Virus record (IMG/VR): IMGVR_UViG_2795385957_000004
Span: 5,225-69,224 of that record
DNA: 64,000 nt
Strand: one strand, 5' to 3'
DNA from: a virus
The first letter of the stretch is position 1, and each line of letters opens with the position of its first letter. Position numbers and translations under genes: made by a program. The notes below the pieces were generated by a model, which saw only the letters and a list, made by a program, of their open reading frames with translations, searched no databases and was not told where the DNA came from. This document shows, one piece after another, positions 17,510-26,805 of the stretch.

Positions 17510-18812
17510 GCCACCAGTAAATCCGAACTACGCCGCAACGGTTGTCCAGATTCCTGAACCACTATCTGTGGTCGGCCTGGACAACCTGGTAGCGGTGCCA
17601 CTGTTCGGATACCAGGCACTCACGCAGAAGACCGAGGCGACAGCCGGTGACCTCAAGGTGTTGTTCACTGCCGAAACGCAACTCGACACCGAGTACGCCC
17701 GCGAGAACAACCTGTTCCGTGAGGCAACCTTGAACCGGGACGCTAACGAGACCGGGTATCTCGAAACGAATGCCCGTGTCCGCGCGATCCGATTGCGCAA
17801 GAACACGTCAAACGCACTTCTGATGCCTCTTGATTCTTTGGCGTACACCGGCATTGACGTTCGCACACTCAGGGTAGGCGACACGTTCGACATGCTGAAC
17901 GGGCACACGATCTGCCGCAAGTACGAGGTGCCGACGAAGCCGGGAGCGGGACCGCGCACGACACCGAAGATCCGGCAGCGCGTTGACCAGAAGCTATTCC
18001 CAATGCATTTGGACACTGAGCACCTGTTCCGGAATCTACAGGTATTCCGCGAACCGAAGCACGTCATCGTGACGCAGAAGTTGCATGGCACGAGCTGGCG
18101 CGGTGGCCGCGTCCCGGCGCTGCGCGATAAGAGCTGGCTTGAACGAGTTGTGGTCAACAAGTGGCTGCGCATCCCGACGCCAGAGACCAAGTACGAGGAC
18201 GTGTTTGGTTCCCGGCGTGTGATCAAGGGACGCTCGGACAACAACCACTACTACGACAGCGACCTGTGGACGGAGTTCGGCAAGACGATTGAGGGCCGGA
18301 TTCCGGAGAACTTCATCGTCTACGGCGAGCTGGTCGGTTGGGCCGACACGCAGTCACCAATTCAGAAGGGCTACACGTACAACGTGAAGCCCGGAGAGGT
18401 TGAGCTGTACGTCTACCGCGTGGCCACGGTCAACGGTCAGGGTGTCATCGCTGACTTGTCTTGGCAGGGCGTGAAGGACTTCGCGGCTGCTATCGGAGTG
18501 AAGGTGGTCCCAACTCTGATGGAGGGCAGGGTTCATCTGCGCGACAGGGTGGACGACGAGGATTTGATCGAGGCGTACGCAGACATGTTCCTGGACGTGA
18601 ACTATGCGGCCGAGAACGCGAACGCGGAGTTTGGGCAGAGCTATCCGGATGCGCCTGTGCCGCTGTCGAATCCAATGTCAGTGGATGAGGGCGTGTGTGT
18701 CCGTATTGAGGGCCAGGTGCCGCGCATCTACAAGGCGAAGTCTCCGCTGTTCTTCGAGCACGAGACTAAGGCGCTCGATAAGGGCGAGCTGGATATGGAG
18801 GCAGCCGCGTAA
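17496..18812 (+). CDS. ATP-dependent RNA ligase (Rnl2/Rnl5-like)
   Basis: Nucleotidyltransferase motifs TQKLHGTS (I), GSRR (Ia), VYGELVG (III), EGVCVR (IV), YKAKS (V). Confidence 0.8.
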   Translation: MMAIEPPVNPNYAATVVQIPEPLSVVGLDNLVAVPLFGYQALTQKTEATAGDLKVLFTAETQLDTEYARENNLFREATLNRDANETGYLETNARVRAIRLRKNTSNALLMPLDSLAYTGIDVRTLRVGDTFDMLNGHTICRKYEVPTKPGAGPRTTPKIRQRVDQKLFPMHLDTEHLFRNLQVFREPKHVIVTQKLHGTSWRGGRVPALRDKSWLERVVVNKWLRIPTPETKYEDVFGSRRVIKGRSDNNHYYDSDLWTEFGKTIEGRIPENFIVYGELVGWADTQSPIQKGYTYNVKPGEVELYVYRVATVNGQGVIADLSWQGVKDFAAAIGVKVVPTLMEGRVHLRDRVDDEDLIEAYADMFLDVNYAAENANAEFGQSYPDAPVPLSNPMSVDEGVCVRIEGQVPRIYKAKSPLFFEHETKALDKGELDMEAAA

Positions 18813-18961
18813 TGGGCTATCTGGCGTACGTGGGTGAGGTTTTGGGGTGGTACCGGGGGCTGTACCGGCGACGTGACGTTGTCGGTCGGCCCCTGACCGT
18901 TGCGGAACTGTTGCAAGCGAAAGATGTTGCGGCTGATGCGCGTCTAACCAAGGGGGAATGA

Positions 18962-19369
18962 ATGTCTTATCAGGGATACAACTACGCGGGTGGACGGGTG
19001 CTCGATTCAGTGGGCGCGTTGAAGCTGGCGACTAGCCCGGTTGCGAAGCTCGCACCGGGTGCACTGGCCAAGGCGGTGTTGAGGCTGTCTGAGGTTGAAC
19101 GTAAGGCTGCGGAGAAGGCGGCGAGTGTCAGTCGTGGGCAGACGACGGCGGGGCTTGTGGCGGCGATTGTGGAGGCAATCAACGCGGTTCGTTCAGGCAA
19201 CCCGGTGGGCACGTTGCGGCAGTCCGGTACGAAGTACGCGTTTGCGTACGCGCCGGGTAAGTGGCTGCTGATTGACACCGATGGTGCGGCACCGGCCTAC
19301 AAGACGGTCACGCCGGAGAGCGCACCTGAGATTGCGTCGTGGACTCAGCGTTATGGCGGCGATGCGTGA
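18962..19369 (+). CDS. Hypothetical protein
   Basis: GGGGG RBS, open frame. Confidence 0.6.
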   Translation: MSYQGYNYAGGRVLDSVGALKLATSPVAKLAPGALAKAVLRLSEVERKAAEKAASVSRGQTTAGLVAAIVEAINAVRSGNPVGTLRQSGTKYAFAYAPGKWLLIDTDGAAPAYKTVTPESAPEIASWTQRYGGDA

Positions 19370-19446
19370 TGACGGGATGCCTATTTGTGTTGGTGCTCGT
19401 TCTCGGCGCGCTGGGTGTTGCGCTGCTGATGGGATAGCGGGGATGC

Positions 19447-19755
19447 ATGGCTGAGATTGATGATCTGAAAGAGATCCTGACTGAGGACAGTTGGGCACTG
19501 TCCTACAAGGGTGCTGAGTGCGACGGTTTCGAGGTTGTCCACGTCAAGCAGGGCGAGGACCGTCGTTGGTCCCGAACCAATCTGGTTGTAGTGCGTGCCC
19601 CCTCGGGGAAGCACTACGCGTACGACTACGAGCAGGGATTGACTGAGTACCAGGACGTTGATGCGTTCGGCGACGGAAACCCCAAGCCGTATGAGGTGAT
19701 ACCCGTGGAGAAGACGGTCACGATTACCAACTACGTCAAGGTCGATGGCGGGTAA
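19447..19755 (+). CDS. Hypothetical protein
   Basis: Open frame with GLTEYQ motif. Confidence 0.6.
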   Translation: MAEIDDLKEILTEDSWALSYKGAECDGFEVVHVKQGEDRRWSRTNLVVVRAPSGKHYAYDYEQGLTEYQDVDAFGDGNPKPYEVIPVEKTVTITNYVKVDGG

Positions 19756-20095
19756 ATGGCCATGGCCGGACGACACCAAGGATGACCGATACCGACGCAT
19801 AATCGACCACTACCGAAACGCTCTCGCAGAAGCAGACCTAGACCAGTGCTTGTCACTCGATAAATTGATGGCCGACTACGGGCAACCGTGGATTTCGGAC
19901 AACTCAATTGTCGATGTCAACGCCATGATGTCTGCCGGAGATATTGCAGAGCGTTTCGGTATCTCGGTATGGAATGTGCGGGATTGGGCACGCCGTCATC
20001 CGGAGAGGATTCGGCAACATAAGGCAGTGAATGGCCGGACGCTGTTTCGTCTCGGGGACGTGCTGACTTACAACGCCAACAAAGGGAACTTGTAA
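19745..20095 (+). CDS. HTH DNA-binding protein
   Basis: SAGDIAERFGISVWNVRDWARR. Confidence 0.65.
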   Translation: MAGKWPWPDDTKDDRYRRIIDHYRNALAEADLDQCLSLDKLMADYGQPWISDNSIVDVNAMMSAGDIAERFGISVWNVRDWARRHPERIRQHKAVNGRTLFRLGDVLTYNANKGNL

Positions 20096-20131
20096 GCGCG
20101 CTAACATAAAAGAGGGGAAAATTCTATCCAA

Positions 20132-20545
20132 ATGTGGGCAGACATTCCTATTGCCGAACTGACTGGTTATCAATGTAGCGATCAGGGCAAGGTGCGGGGT
20201 CCACGTAGGGAACTTTCCGAGTGGACCGACGAGCGGGGCTGTAAGCGTGTGAAAGCCGCTGGACGCCCGTACGCGGTGCATCTGCTGGTGTTGACCACGT
20301 TCGTTGGTCCACGTCCGGATGGGGCGGTGCCTCGGTGGCTCAATGGTGATCCTGCGGATAACCGGCTGGTGAATCTCAAGTGGTGGACCGGCGATGAGCA
20401 GGAAGTGCAGACGCGGGTGAATCGCTGCCGGAACAACCATCTGTACACGCCGGAAAACACCGAGACGTGGGGGACGGGTAACCGGGTGTGCGTGGCTTGC
20501 CGGAACGGTGTCGCAACGGTGACGGAGTTGCCGGAGGTGTTGTGA
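20132..20545 (+). CDS. NUMOD4-HNH homing-endonuclease-like protein
   Basis: W..IP...GYQCSDQGKVR; VHLLVLTTFVGPRP...NGDPADNRLVNL; CRNNH..C..C. Confidence 0.75.
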   Translation: MWADIPIAELTGYQCSDQGKVRGPRRELSEWTDERGCKRVKAAGRPYAVHLLVLTTFVGPRPDGAVPRWLNGDPADNRLVNLKWWTGDEQEVQTRVNRCRNNHLYTPENTETWGTGNRVCVACRNGVATVTELPEVL

Positions 20546-20805
20546 CTGACCGCGACAGGCTAGTGCAGCGCGTCGAATGGGCTCTACATCGCGTACGTCA
20601 ATCGAACGGCTACTCGGACACTGCGCAACAAATCGTTGACTCGTTGGCAGATCTGTTTCCTGGTGAGGTCGAGGCCGCCCGCAAGATACAAGAACTCACA
20701 TCTGAGTTGGAGTCGATGCGGTTTCGTCGTGATACAGCCGTCATACAGCTGCGCGCGCATCTGGCCCGCAGAGAGCACAACAAGGACTTGGCGCGCCCGC
20801 TGTAG
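20542..20805 (+). CDS. Hypothetical protein
   Basis: GTGA overlap, GGAGG RBS. Confidence 0.55.
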   Translation: MTDRDRLVQRVEWALHRVRQSNGYSDTAQQIVDSLADLFPGEVEAARKIQELTSELESMRFRRDTAVIQLRAHLARREHNKDLARPL

Positions 20806-20885
20806 CGGATCTGGCTGCGCCTCGCTGGTGGCCCCGATGTTCCCGCGCGCGCCGGGGTCGCCAGCAGTTAACTTTCGGGGGAATT

Positions 20886-21140
20886 GTGAAGCCAGCGGAC
20901 AGTGCTTGGCTGGTGCTGCTGGCGGCGGTTGTCGCCTATGAGGTGGCCGCGCCGGATAACGAACTTCTTAGTGAGGGCTGGGACCGCTATTTGTTGCGGA
21001 GCCCGTTCACTGCACGTGTGGGGCCTATTGTGTTGGCGCTGCACCTAATTAACGCCTTGCCGCGTTCCGTCGACCCGGTTTCCCGGTTGTGCGATGTGTT
21101 GCGCTGGGTCGGGGGAATTTTGCATGTCAGACGCGATTAA
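20886..21140 (+). CDS. Small membrane protein
   Basis: Hydrophobic segments; ELLSEGWDRY motif. Confidence 0.6.
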   Translation: MKPADSAWLVLLAAVVAYEVAAPDNELLSEGWDRYLLRSPFTARVGPIVLALHLINALPRSVDPVSRLCDVLRWVGGILHVRRD

Positions 21141-21447
21141 TCCGTCGCACTACAAAGATGGGTACTCGAACGGTGCCGAAGTTATCGACATCACAGAGAA
21201 TCTGAACTTCAACCGTGGGAACGCGGTGAAATACATTGCCCGCGCGGGCAAGAAGGACCCGACGACCGAGATTCAGGACCTTCGTAAGGCGAAGTGGTAC
21301 GTGGACCGCGAGATTGCTCGGGTTGAGTGCAAGCAAGGGATAGTGACCCGCGAACTCAACGTGCATGTCTTCAATAACGCCCAGAAGGCGGAAGCGGTGG
21401 TCTTGGCCCCGCGTGATTCCCAGAAGGTGGCCCCGTATGGCCGCTAA
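21124..21447 (+). CDS. DUF3310-family protein
   Basis: INPSHY...FNRGNAVKYIARAGKK...DLRKAKWY. Confidence 0.85.
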   Translation: MSDAINPSHYKDGYSNGAEVIDITENLNFNRGNAVKYIARAGKKDPTTEIQDLRKAKWYVDREIARVECKQGIVTRELNVHVFNNAQKAEAVVLAPRDSQKVAPYGR

Positions 21448-22216
21448 GATTCTGGTACTCGATATTGAGACGCAGCGCGCCATTGTCGAGACGTTCAGCT
21501 TGTTTCGCCCGTTCATCCACATTGACAGGGTGCTGACACCTACCCGCGTGCTCTGCTTCGCGGCGAAGTGGCGCGGCGACGACAAGGTGATCTTCAAAGC
21601 CGCTTGGCGGGACAATGATTCGGACGCGTACTTGCGCATGATGCGCGCGGCGTGGGATCTGTTGAACAAGGCCGACATTGTTGTGACGTGGAACGGTGAC
21701 CGTTTCGACGTGCAGTGGTTCGAGGCCGAGTTTGTGCGTCTGGGCTTGGGCCGTCCGACGCCGTACAAGTCTGTGGACTTGATCAAGACGGTCAAGCGGT
21801 GGTTCAAGGGCGGCTTGATGTCCATGAAGCTCGATTGGTCCTCGCGCATGTTCTTGAAGGATCGGAAGGTGCCGCATGGCGGAACCGATCTATGGCATGA
21901 CATTCGGCATGGTACGCGCGCTGAGCAGCGTGCGGCTGAGAAGCTGATGGAAGAGTACAACATTCACGACGCCAATCTGACTGAGCGCCTGTTTGATATC
22001 CACCTGCCGTACCTGAGTCTGAACCTGTCGCTGTACGAGAACAACGAGGATGGCTTGCTGCACTGCACCAAGTGCAACTCTACGAACTTGAAGCGCGATG
22101 GAGTGAAATACTTTAACACGCTCGCGTTTTCGTATCAGATGCATCGTTGCAAGGATTGTGGGTCTACGTCTCGGGGTAAGCGCGCGAAGCGCTCTACGGA
22201 ACTGAGGCCGGTCTAG
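21437..22216 (+). CDS. RNase H-like / DnaQ-type 3'-5' exonuclease with C-terminal zinc ribbon
   Basis: LVLDIET, TWNGDRFD, YNIHD; CTKC..CKDC. Confidence 0.8.
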   Translation: MAAKILVLDIETQRAIVETFSLFRPFIHIDRVLTPTRVLCFAAKWRGDDKVIFKAAWRDNDSDAYLRMMRAAWDLLNKADIVVTWNGDRFDVQWFEAEFVRLGLGRPTPYKSVDLIKTVKRWFKGGLMSMKLDWSSRMFLKDRKVPHGGTDLWHDIRHGTRAEQRAAEKLMEEYNIHDANLTERLFDIHLPYLSLNLSLYENNEDGLLHCTKCNSTNLKRDGVKYFNTLAFSYQMHRCKDCGSTSRGKRAKRSTELRPV

Positions 22217-22444
22217 GTGGGTAGCCCCGACGAACGGTCGGTACCGATTGCTGGGCCAGTGCCAGAGAAGTTGGTGGAGTTGACAACCGGCGTGACAGCG
22301 CTTTTGTTGGATGCCGGTGTCTGCGAGCTTCGGGCGGGCCTGGACGCGTACAAGATTGTTCGGACGGTGCTTGAGGGTATCGGAGATATGCCGGTGGCTG
22401 ATCTGCTGGGTTGGGAAGATTATGACTACGAATTACCCACCTAG
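22217..22444 (+). CDS. Hypothetical protein
   Basis: Abuts previous stop. Confidence 0.5.
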   Translation: MGSPDERSVPIAGPVPEKLVELTTGVTALLLDAGVCELRAGLDAYKIVRTVLEGIGDMPVADLLGWEDYDYELPT

Positions 22445-22477
22445 CGTGTGGATTTGATGCGTTGAAGGTGAGACACC

Positions 22478-22720
22478 GTGGATACTGAGCGGGCGAAGCA
22501 GTGGCGAGTCGGATTGAAAGTTGGCGGGCCGATCTTGGTGTACGGGCATAAGCCAATCACTCGCGAGCAAGTCATTGCCTACATCGAGTGGACGCAGCCG
22601 GGAGCGGCTGTCACGAGCTGCCTGCCGCAGATTGAGCCGGCGAAGTCGGTATGGTCTGGCCGAAATGCCTACCGGGACAATAATCCGGATTGGTGGAGGC
22701 GGCTGTATGGCGGGGGCTAG
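22478..22720 (+). CDS. Hypothetical protein
   Basis: In operon. Confidence 0.5.
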   Translation: MDTERAKQWRVGLKVGGPILVYGHKPITREQVIAYIEWTQPGAAVTSCLPQIEPAKSVWSGRNAYRDNNPDWWRRLYGGG

Positions 22721-22893
22721 GCCGAAGGCTATTCCGCAGCGTCAGATTCTTGTGACGCTGCCGGAGGACAAGATGATGCGGCTTGTGAAGCGCGCGGGTG
22801 AGGTCGATATGTCGGCGCATGACTATGCAGCGTGCAAGCTGTTGGAGGCGATCAAATGAATGGATTTCTAACAGGTTTGGGCCTCGGCATCTG

Positions 22894-23076
22894 ATGGGCG
22901 CGAACACTCGGGTCCTAGATATTCTTGAATCGCTCATTGACGATGACCCATGTAGCTGGGATCACAACCACAGCTGTCAGGCACACGGATACTTCTACCT
23001 AGATCAGGGCGAGCTTTGTCCGCAGGAAGACGCGAAACGCTATGTACGTGAAGCTAGGCGCGAGCTGAATGCGTGA
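22894..23076 (+). CDS. Hypothetical protein
   Basis: DPCSWDHNHSCQAH...CP motif. Confidence 0.5.
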   Translation: MGANTRVLDILESLIDDDPCSWDHNHSCQAHGYFYLDQGELCPQEDAKRYVREARRELNA

Positions 23077-23205
23077 TGGCCAGCGACAGCATGCGTGCCA
23101 GGCTTGAGATACGCCGATCGAATGCGTCTGCCCCGCACCGCAATAGGCACCGTGAACGTAAGTCTGGCAAGGGGCTGCATCGCGACGCCGTAGCGGAATG
23201 GGGGA

Positions 23206-23628
23206 ATGATGCCGGGGAATCTTCGGAAGAGCGCTGGGAAGCGTGGGAGTGGCCGTACCGAGGCTGACTACCTGAAAGCCCGGAAACGGGCTCTGCGGGC
23301 CTCTCAAGTGTGCGCAGGCTGCCACCAGGCGATTGACCTGACGTTGAAACCTATCTGCCAGTACGTGAATACGGACGGATACACGGTAGAGACGGCACAC
23401 ATGATTCCGCGTACGTGCGGGGTTGAATGCAAAGGTCATGCGCGGAAGGCAAATCCGTGGTCTGCGTCGGCGAACCACAAGATCCCCGTGTCGAAGCTAC
23501 AGCCGGACTCGAAGTTGTTGACAGATCACCGGAACCTTGAGCCGATGCATTTGAAGTGCAATCAGACGCTCGGTGATCGTGTGGTTGTTAAGGCGAGGCA
23601 CAAGGTGTCTCGGGATTGGTTTGCATAG
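23206..23628 (+). CDS. HNH endonuclease (possibly terminase-associated)
   Basis: VCAGC...ANHKIPVS...RNLEPMHLKCN. Confidence 0.7.
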   Translation: MMPGNLRKSAGKRGSGRTEADYLKARKRALRASQVCAGCHQAIDLTLKPICQYVNTDGYTVETAHMIPRTCGVECKGHARKANPWSASANHKIPVSKLQPDSKLLTDHRNLEPMHLKCNQTLGDRVVVKARHKVSRDWFA

Positions 23629-23861
23629 TGTCTGAATTTGACGACGAATCGAACATCATGGTTTCCGAGCTTCGGATTATCAAGTACATCGACGGCGACG
23701 GCGATTTGCATGTAGTCGATTTGTCGCAGGCTGCCGGTGGTGACGAGCTTGAGGAACCGGAGTATCTGAGTCTTATCGAGTGGGCTCGCGCATACATCCT
23801 TGCGGATAACGTGATGTCGATTATCGCTTCCCGCACTGAGGGTTACGGGGATGATGAGTGA
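23616..23861 (+). CDS. Acidic hypothetical protein
   Basis: Open frame following the HNH gene; start uncertain. Confidence 0.5.
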   Translation: MVCIVSEFDDESNIMVSELRIIKYIDGDGDLHVVDLSQAAGGDELEEPEYLSLIEWARAYILADNVMSIIASRTEGYGDDE

Positions 23862-24112
23862 ACCGCAGCGAGTACAAGTCTGATGTCGAGTGCCGCTGCG
23901 ATGTGTGTGACGACATGATTCGACTTGGTGATGTTGTGTTGGAGCGCGCGGGGGAGTTGTTTCATGCCGAATGCGGTTGATTGGTGCTATGCGCCTAGTT
24001 GCGAGTGTGATCGGTGCGAGAACTACAAGCTAGCCAACGGGATGACAATGAGGTACCCGCTGGCTAGCACGCGGCCCTCCGCTGATCGCCGACCACATAG
24101 GGGGTTCCTGAG

Positions 24113-24298
24113 ATGACATTGCCGACTCTTGAACAGATAGACGAGGTAATCCAGGTGACCGGCTACGCCTACCAGGCCGGCGGATACCCGGACGGCATGT
24201 CCGACTTCGCGCGGAACTACACCGATGGTGACGGCGGCTTGTTGAATGCGTTGCGGGACTTGCGCTATGCGCGAGCACTGCTGTCGGGAGCTGACTAG
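24113..24298 (+). CDS. Hypothetical protein
   Basis: AGGGGG RBS; ends just before the first tRNA. Confidence 0.55.
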   Translation: MTLPTLEQIDEVIQVTGYAYQAGGYPDGMSDFARNYTDGDGGLLNALRDLRYARALLSGAD

Positions 24299-24304
24299 CT
24301 CCAT

Positions 24305-24378
24305 GGTCCGGTAGGCAAATCGGCAAAGCCGCCACACTCAAAATGTGGTGCGTGTGGGTTCGACTCCCACCCGGACTA
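24305..24378 (+). tRNA. tRNA-Leu(CAA), short variable arm
   Basis: Cloverleaf; anticodon arm CCACA-CTCAAAA-TGTGG; GTTCGAC T-loop. Confidence 0.9.
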
Positions 24379-24384
24379 CGTATT

Positions 24385-24458
24385 GCTGTCTTAGCTCAGT
24401 TGGCTAGAGCGGTCGCCTCGTAAGCGACAGGTCGCGTGTTCGATCCACGCAGGCAGCT
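24385..24458 (+). tRNA. tRNA-Thr(CGT)
   Basis: GTCGC-CTCGTAA-GCGAC; full cloverleaf. Confidence 0.9.
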
Positions 24459-24480
24459 CAGGGGACCGTATTGTTTCGGC

Positions 24481-25122
24481 ATGGACGATCCAGTGTGGGT
24501 GTTGATGTCCGCGATGCTGGCGATGCTGAGTATCGGGCAGAGTTCGATGATGTTGCTGTCCAAGGTGATTGGGCTGTCGGAACGCAAGATTGCCACCTTT
24601 ATCAGCAAGCTGATCGAGTGCGCGTCGTTACTGGCTCTGGCAATGGCCACTGGCACCCTTTTGTGGACCTATCAGTCTGCCCACCCACCTACTCCGGATG
24701 AGTTGGACCAACTTAAACATCTGCCCGCGATACAGCTGATTTCTTCCGCACTTCATATTTACTACCAGACGGTGATAATGGCAGTAGTCGCTTTCGCATT
24801 GCTATATTCCTGTTTCAGGCTGGGGCGGGTGCCGGGTGATTTCGCAAAGGTCGTGGGCTTCACGATAGGGCTATTCGGCTTCGGGCTGATCTCTTTGGCC
24901 ATAATCCCTCAAGTGCAAATCGCCTATCCGAAACCGAATCGTGGAATGGATTATTTCTTTTACGGCGCGTTCGCGGATCTTATCTTGGCCGGGATAGTCA
25001 TGTTCTTCGGCTGGGCGACCAGGCCGAGGAAAGATACGGGGGCGGTCGCTTTAAGGGCCTCGTTGCGGTCGGCCCTGCGTTCAGGTGGGCAGAAGTTTGA
25101 TAGCGCGGCGTTTTGGTCCTAG
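24481..25122 (+). CDS. Multi-pass membrane protein (cargo in the tRNA cluster)
   Basis: About 5 hydrophobic segments; lower GC. Confidence 0.65.
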   Translation: MDDPVWVLMSAMLAMLSIGQSSMMLLSKVIGLSERKIATFISKLIECASLLALAMATGTLLWTYQSAHPPTPDELDQLKHLPAIQLISSALHIYYQTVIMAVVAFALLYSCFRLGRVPGDFAKVVGFTIGLFGFGLISLAIIPQVQIAYPKPNRGMDYFFYGAFADLILAGIVMFFGWATRPRKDTGAVALRASLRSALRSGGQKFDSAAFWS

Positions 25123-25163
25123 CCGACTTGGGTTTTGATCGTCTTCCCGGATAGATGATCTAT

Positions 25164-25239
25164 TGCGCGGTAGAGCAGTTTGGCCAGCTCGCCAGTCTCA
25201 TAAGCTGTGAGGTCGCGGGTTCGAATCCCGCCTGCGCAA
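25164..25239 (+). tRNA. tRNA-Met(CAT)
   Basis: TGCGCGG/CTGCGCA acceptor; CTCATAA loop; TTCGAAT T-loop. Confidence 0.85.
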
Positions 25240-25294
25240 CGTAGTCCCCACGCGTCGCCTCTCCCGTCTTAAGCGGTGAAGCGTGTGGGGTAAT

Positions 25295-25368
25295 CGCATT
25301 GTGGCGCAGTTGGTTAGCGCGCCGACCTGATAAGTCGGAGGCCGTAGGTTCAATCCCTACCGATGCGA
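25295..25368 (+). tRNA. tRNA-Ile(GAT)
   Basis: CCGAC-CTGATAA-GTCGG; cloverleaf. Confidence 0.9.
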
Positions 25369-25386
25369 CGTAGTGTTGCGGGGGCG

Positions 25387-26025
25387 TCAGTTCTTGAGTG
25401 TGCCGTCCGAGTTGTAGCGGCTGCGGGCGGCGTAGACGGCGCGTGTGGTGCGGCCTAGAAGTAAGGCCGCATCCAGCACGGGCATGTCGGGGTCGCATGC
25501 CACGGCGATGTCTTCGCCGGTCCAGGGCTGTCCGTAGTGGTGGGCACCGGGGATGGTTTGGTCCTGGCGCTTACGGTTAAACGCGCGCGCACGGGCGGCA
25601 TCAGCGGCTAGGTCTTTTTCGGCGAGGTGATCCCGGTTGTATTGCTGGCAGGCATTGCATTTGCAGCCGTACTGCCATCCCGTGGCGGTGCCGTGTTGCT
25701 CAGGGGTGACTTTTCTGGTGTAGCGGTGGCGGGCGTAGTACACCGATCCGACTGAGCGCCCCAGCTGTTGCGCAATTTCCCTGACGGTCAACGCCTGATC
25801 GGTCAGCACCGCGATATCGTCGGCGCTCCAGCGTCGCGAGCGATCTTGCTCATGAACACGCCCGCGTGGATACATCATGCGTGCTCCGTGTACGGAGCCC
25901 ATTGAACGATCCAGCCGCAATGCGGCCTGCGCGCACGTTAACGTCGGATCTAGAGCTACCGCCAACTCTTCATCAGACCACCGCTTGCCCACAGCCTTTA
26001 AGGGCTGCCTTGCGTTTCGGTGCAT
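25387..26025 (-). CDS. Protein with three Myb/HTH-like repeats and a Cys zinc motif
   Basis: RWSDEEL, RWSADDI, PWTGEDI repeats, each followed by an HTH-like L(D/G)R(S/T) segment; HGTATGWQYGCKCNAC. Confidence 0.65.
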   Translation of the reverse strand: MHRNARQPLKAVGKRWSDEELAVALDPTLTCAQAALRLDRSMGSVHGARMMYPRGRVHEQDRSRRWSADDIAVLTDQALTVREIAQQLGRSVGSVYYARHRYTRKVTPEQHGTATGWQYGCKCNACQQYNRDHLAEKDLAADAARARAFNRKRQDQTIPGAHHYGQPWTGEDIAVACDPDMPVLDAALLLGRTTRAVYAARSRYNSDGTLKN

Positions 26026-26783
26026 ACCGTGAACCGGCGTACGGGATGGTCGAATCCTCCAGCGGGGCAATCGGAAATGCTGGTGCTGTTCTGGGCGAGT
26101 CGCACGGGCTTTTCTCGTGCGGGTTTTGTGCTGTCATCGCATTTAACTCGCTTGATGTCGAAGCCGTTCATGCTCAGACAGCTGCCCTGGACCCAGTAGT
26201 AGTCCATGCATACTGTCCATTCGCCGCGACCGGCTGTGTTGGTGTAGTACTTCTGGTCCACGTCACCGATGCATTCAGTCGGGTTTTTGACCTGCTGCAC
26301 GACTATGAAGTTGTTTTCCGGTGAACCGCATCCAGCTTTGTCGATTTGAGTGTTGGTACGGGACCCGTGGAGATTCACGCACGTTCCGGCAGGGAAGTCG
26401 GGATTGATTGTTTTCGTATCTTGTGGGAATTGCCCTGGTATTGACGAGAATGAAGTCTGCTCTGTTTCTTTCTGGTCAATTGAACTGGTCTGACCACCAG
26501 AAAACATGCCACGAATCCACAGCGCAGCGCCGCCCCATATGATCACGAATATCAATAACGCAGCACCGAGTTGGATGTACAGTTTCTTCTTGTTCTTGCC
26601 AATCTCTTTGTTGACAATACTATCAACGGTGACAAAGGCCAAGCATACCGCCGTCGCAGCGTATACACCGTACCTGGACAGGTGAAAGTCGGTGAGGAGC
26701 GATAGTATCAGTCCAACTACCGCGAGAGTAACTAAAACGATTCTAGTTATTCGGATCAGTTTGACAGCAGATTCTCTGTTCAC
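25998..26783 (-). CDS. Membrane protein with C-terminal LppU/SCO3897-like Cys-rich domain
   Basis: 3 N-terminal TM segments; GTCVNL...AGCGS..NNFIVV...C..D.D..Y...VCMDYYW..GSC. Confidence 0.7.
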   Translation of the reverse strand: MNRESAVKLIRITRIVLVTLAVVGLILSLLTDFHLSRYGVYAATAVCLAFVTVDSIVNKEIGKNKKKLYIQLGAALLIFVIIWGGAALWIRGMFSGGQTSSIDQKETEQTSFSSIPGQFPQDTKTINPDFPAGTCVNLHGSRTNTQIDKAGCGSPENNFIVVQQVKNPTECIGDVDQKYYTNTAGRGEWTVCMDYYWVQGSCLSMNGFDIKRVKCDDSTKPAREKPVRLAQNSTSISDCPAGGFDHPVRRFTVCTETQGSP

Positions 26784-26805
26784 GATAAATTACCTTCGGT
26801 AGTCG

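Noticed and set aside
598..22144. Long minus-strand ORFs opposite the early operon (e.g. 598-1596, 6062-6994, 8557-9474, 21127-21963)
   Set aside because: Antisense shadows of well-supported high-GC genes.
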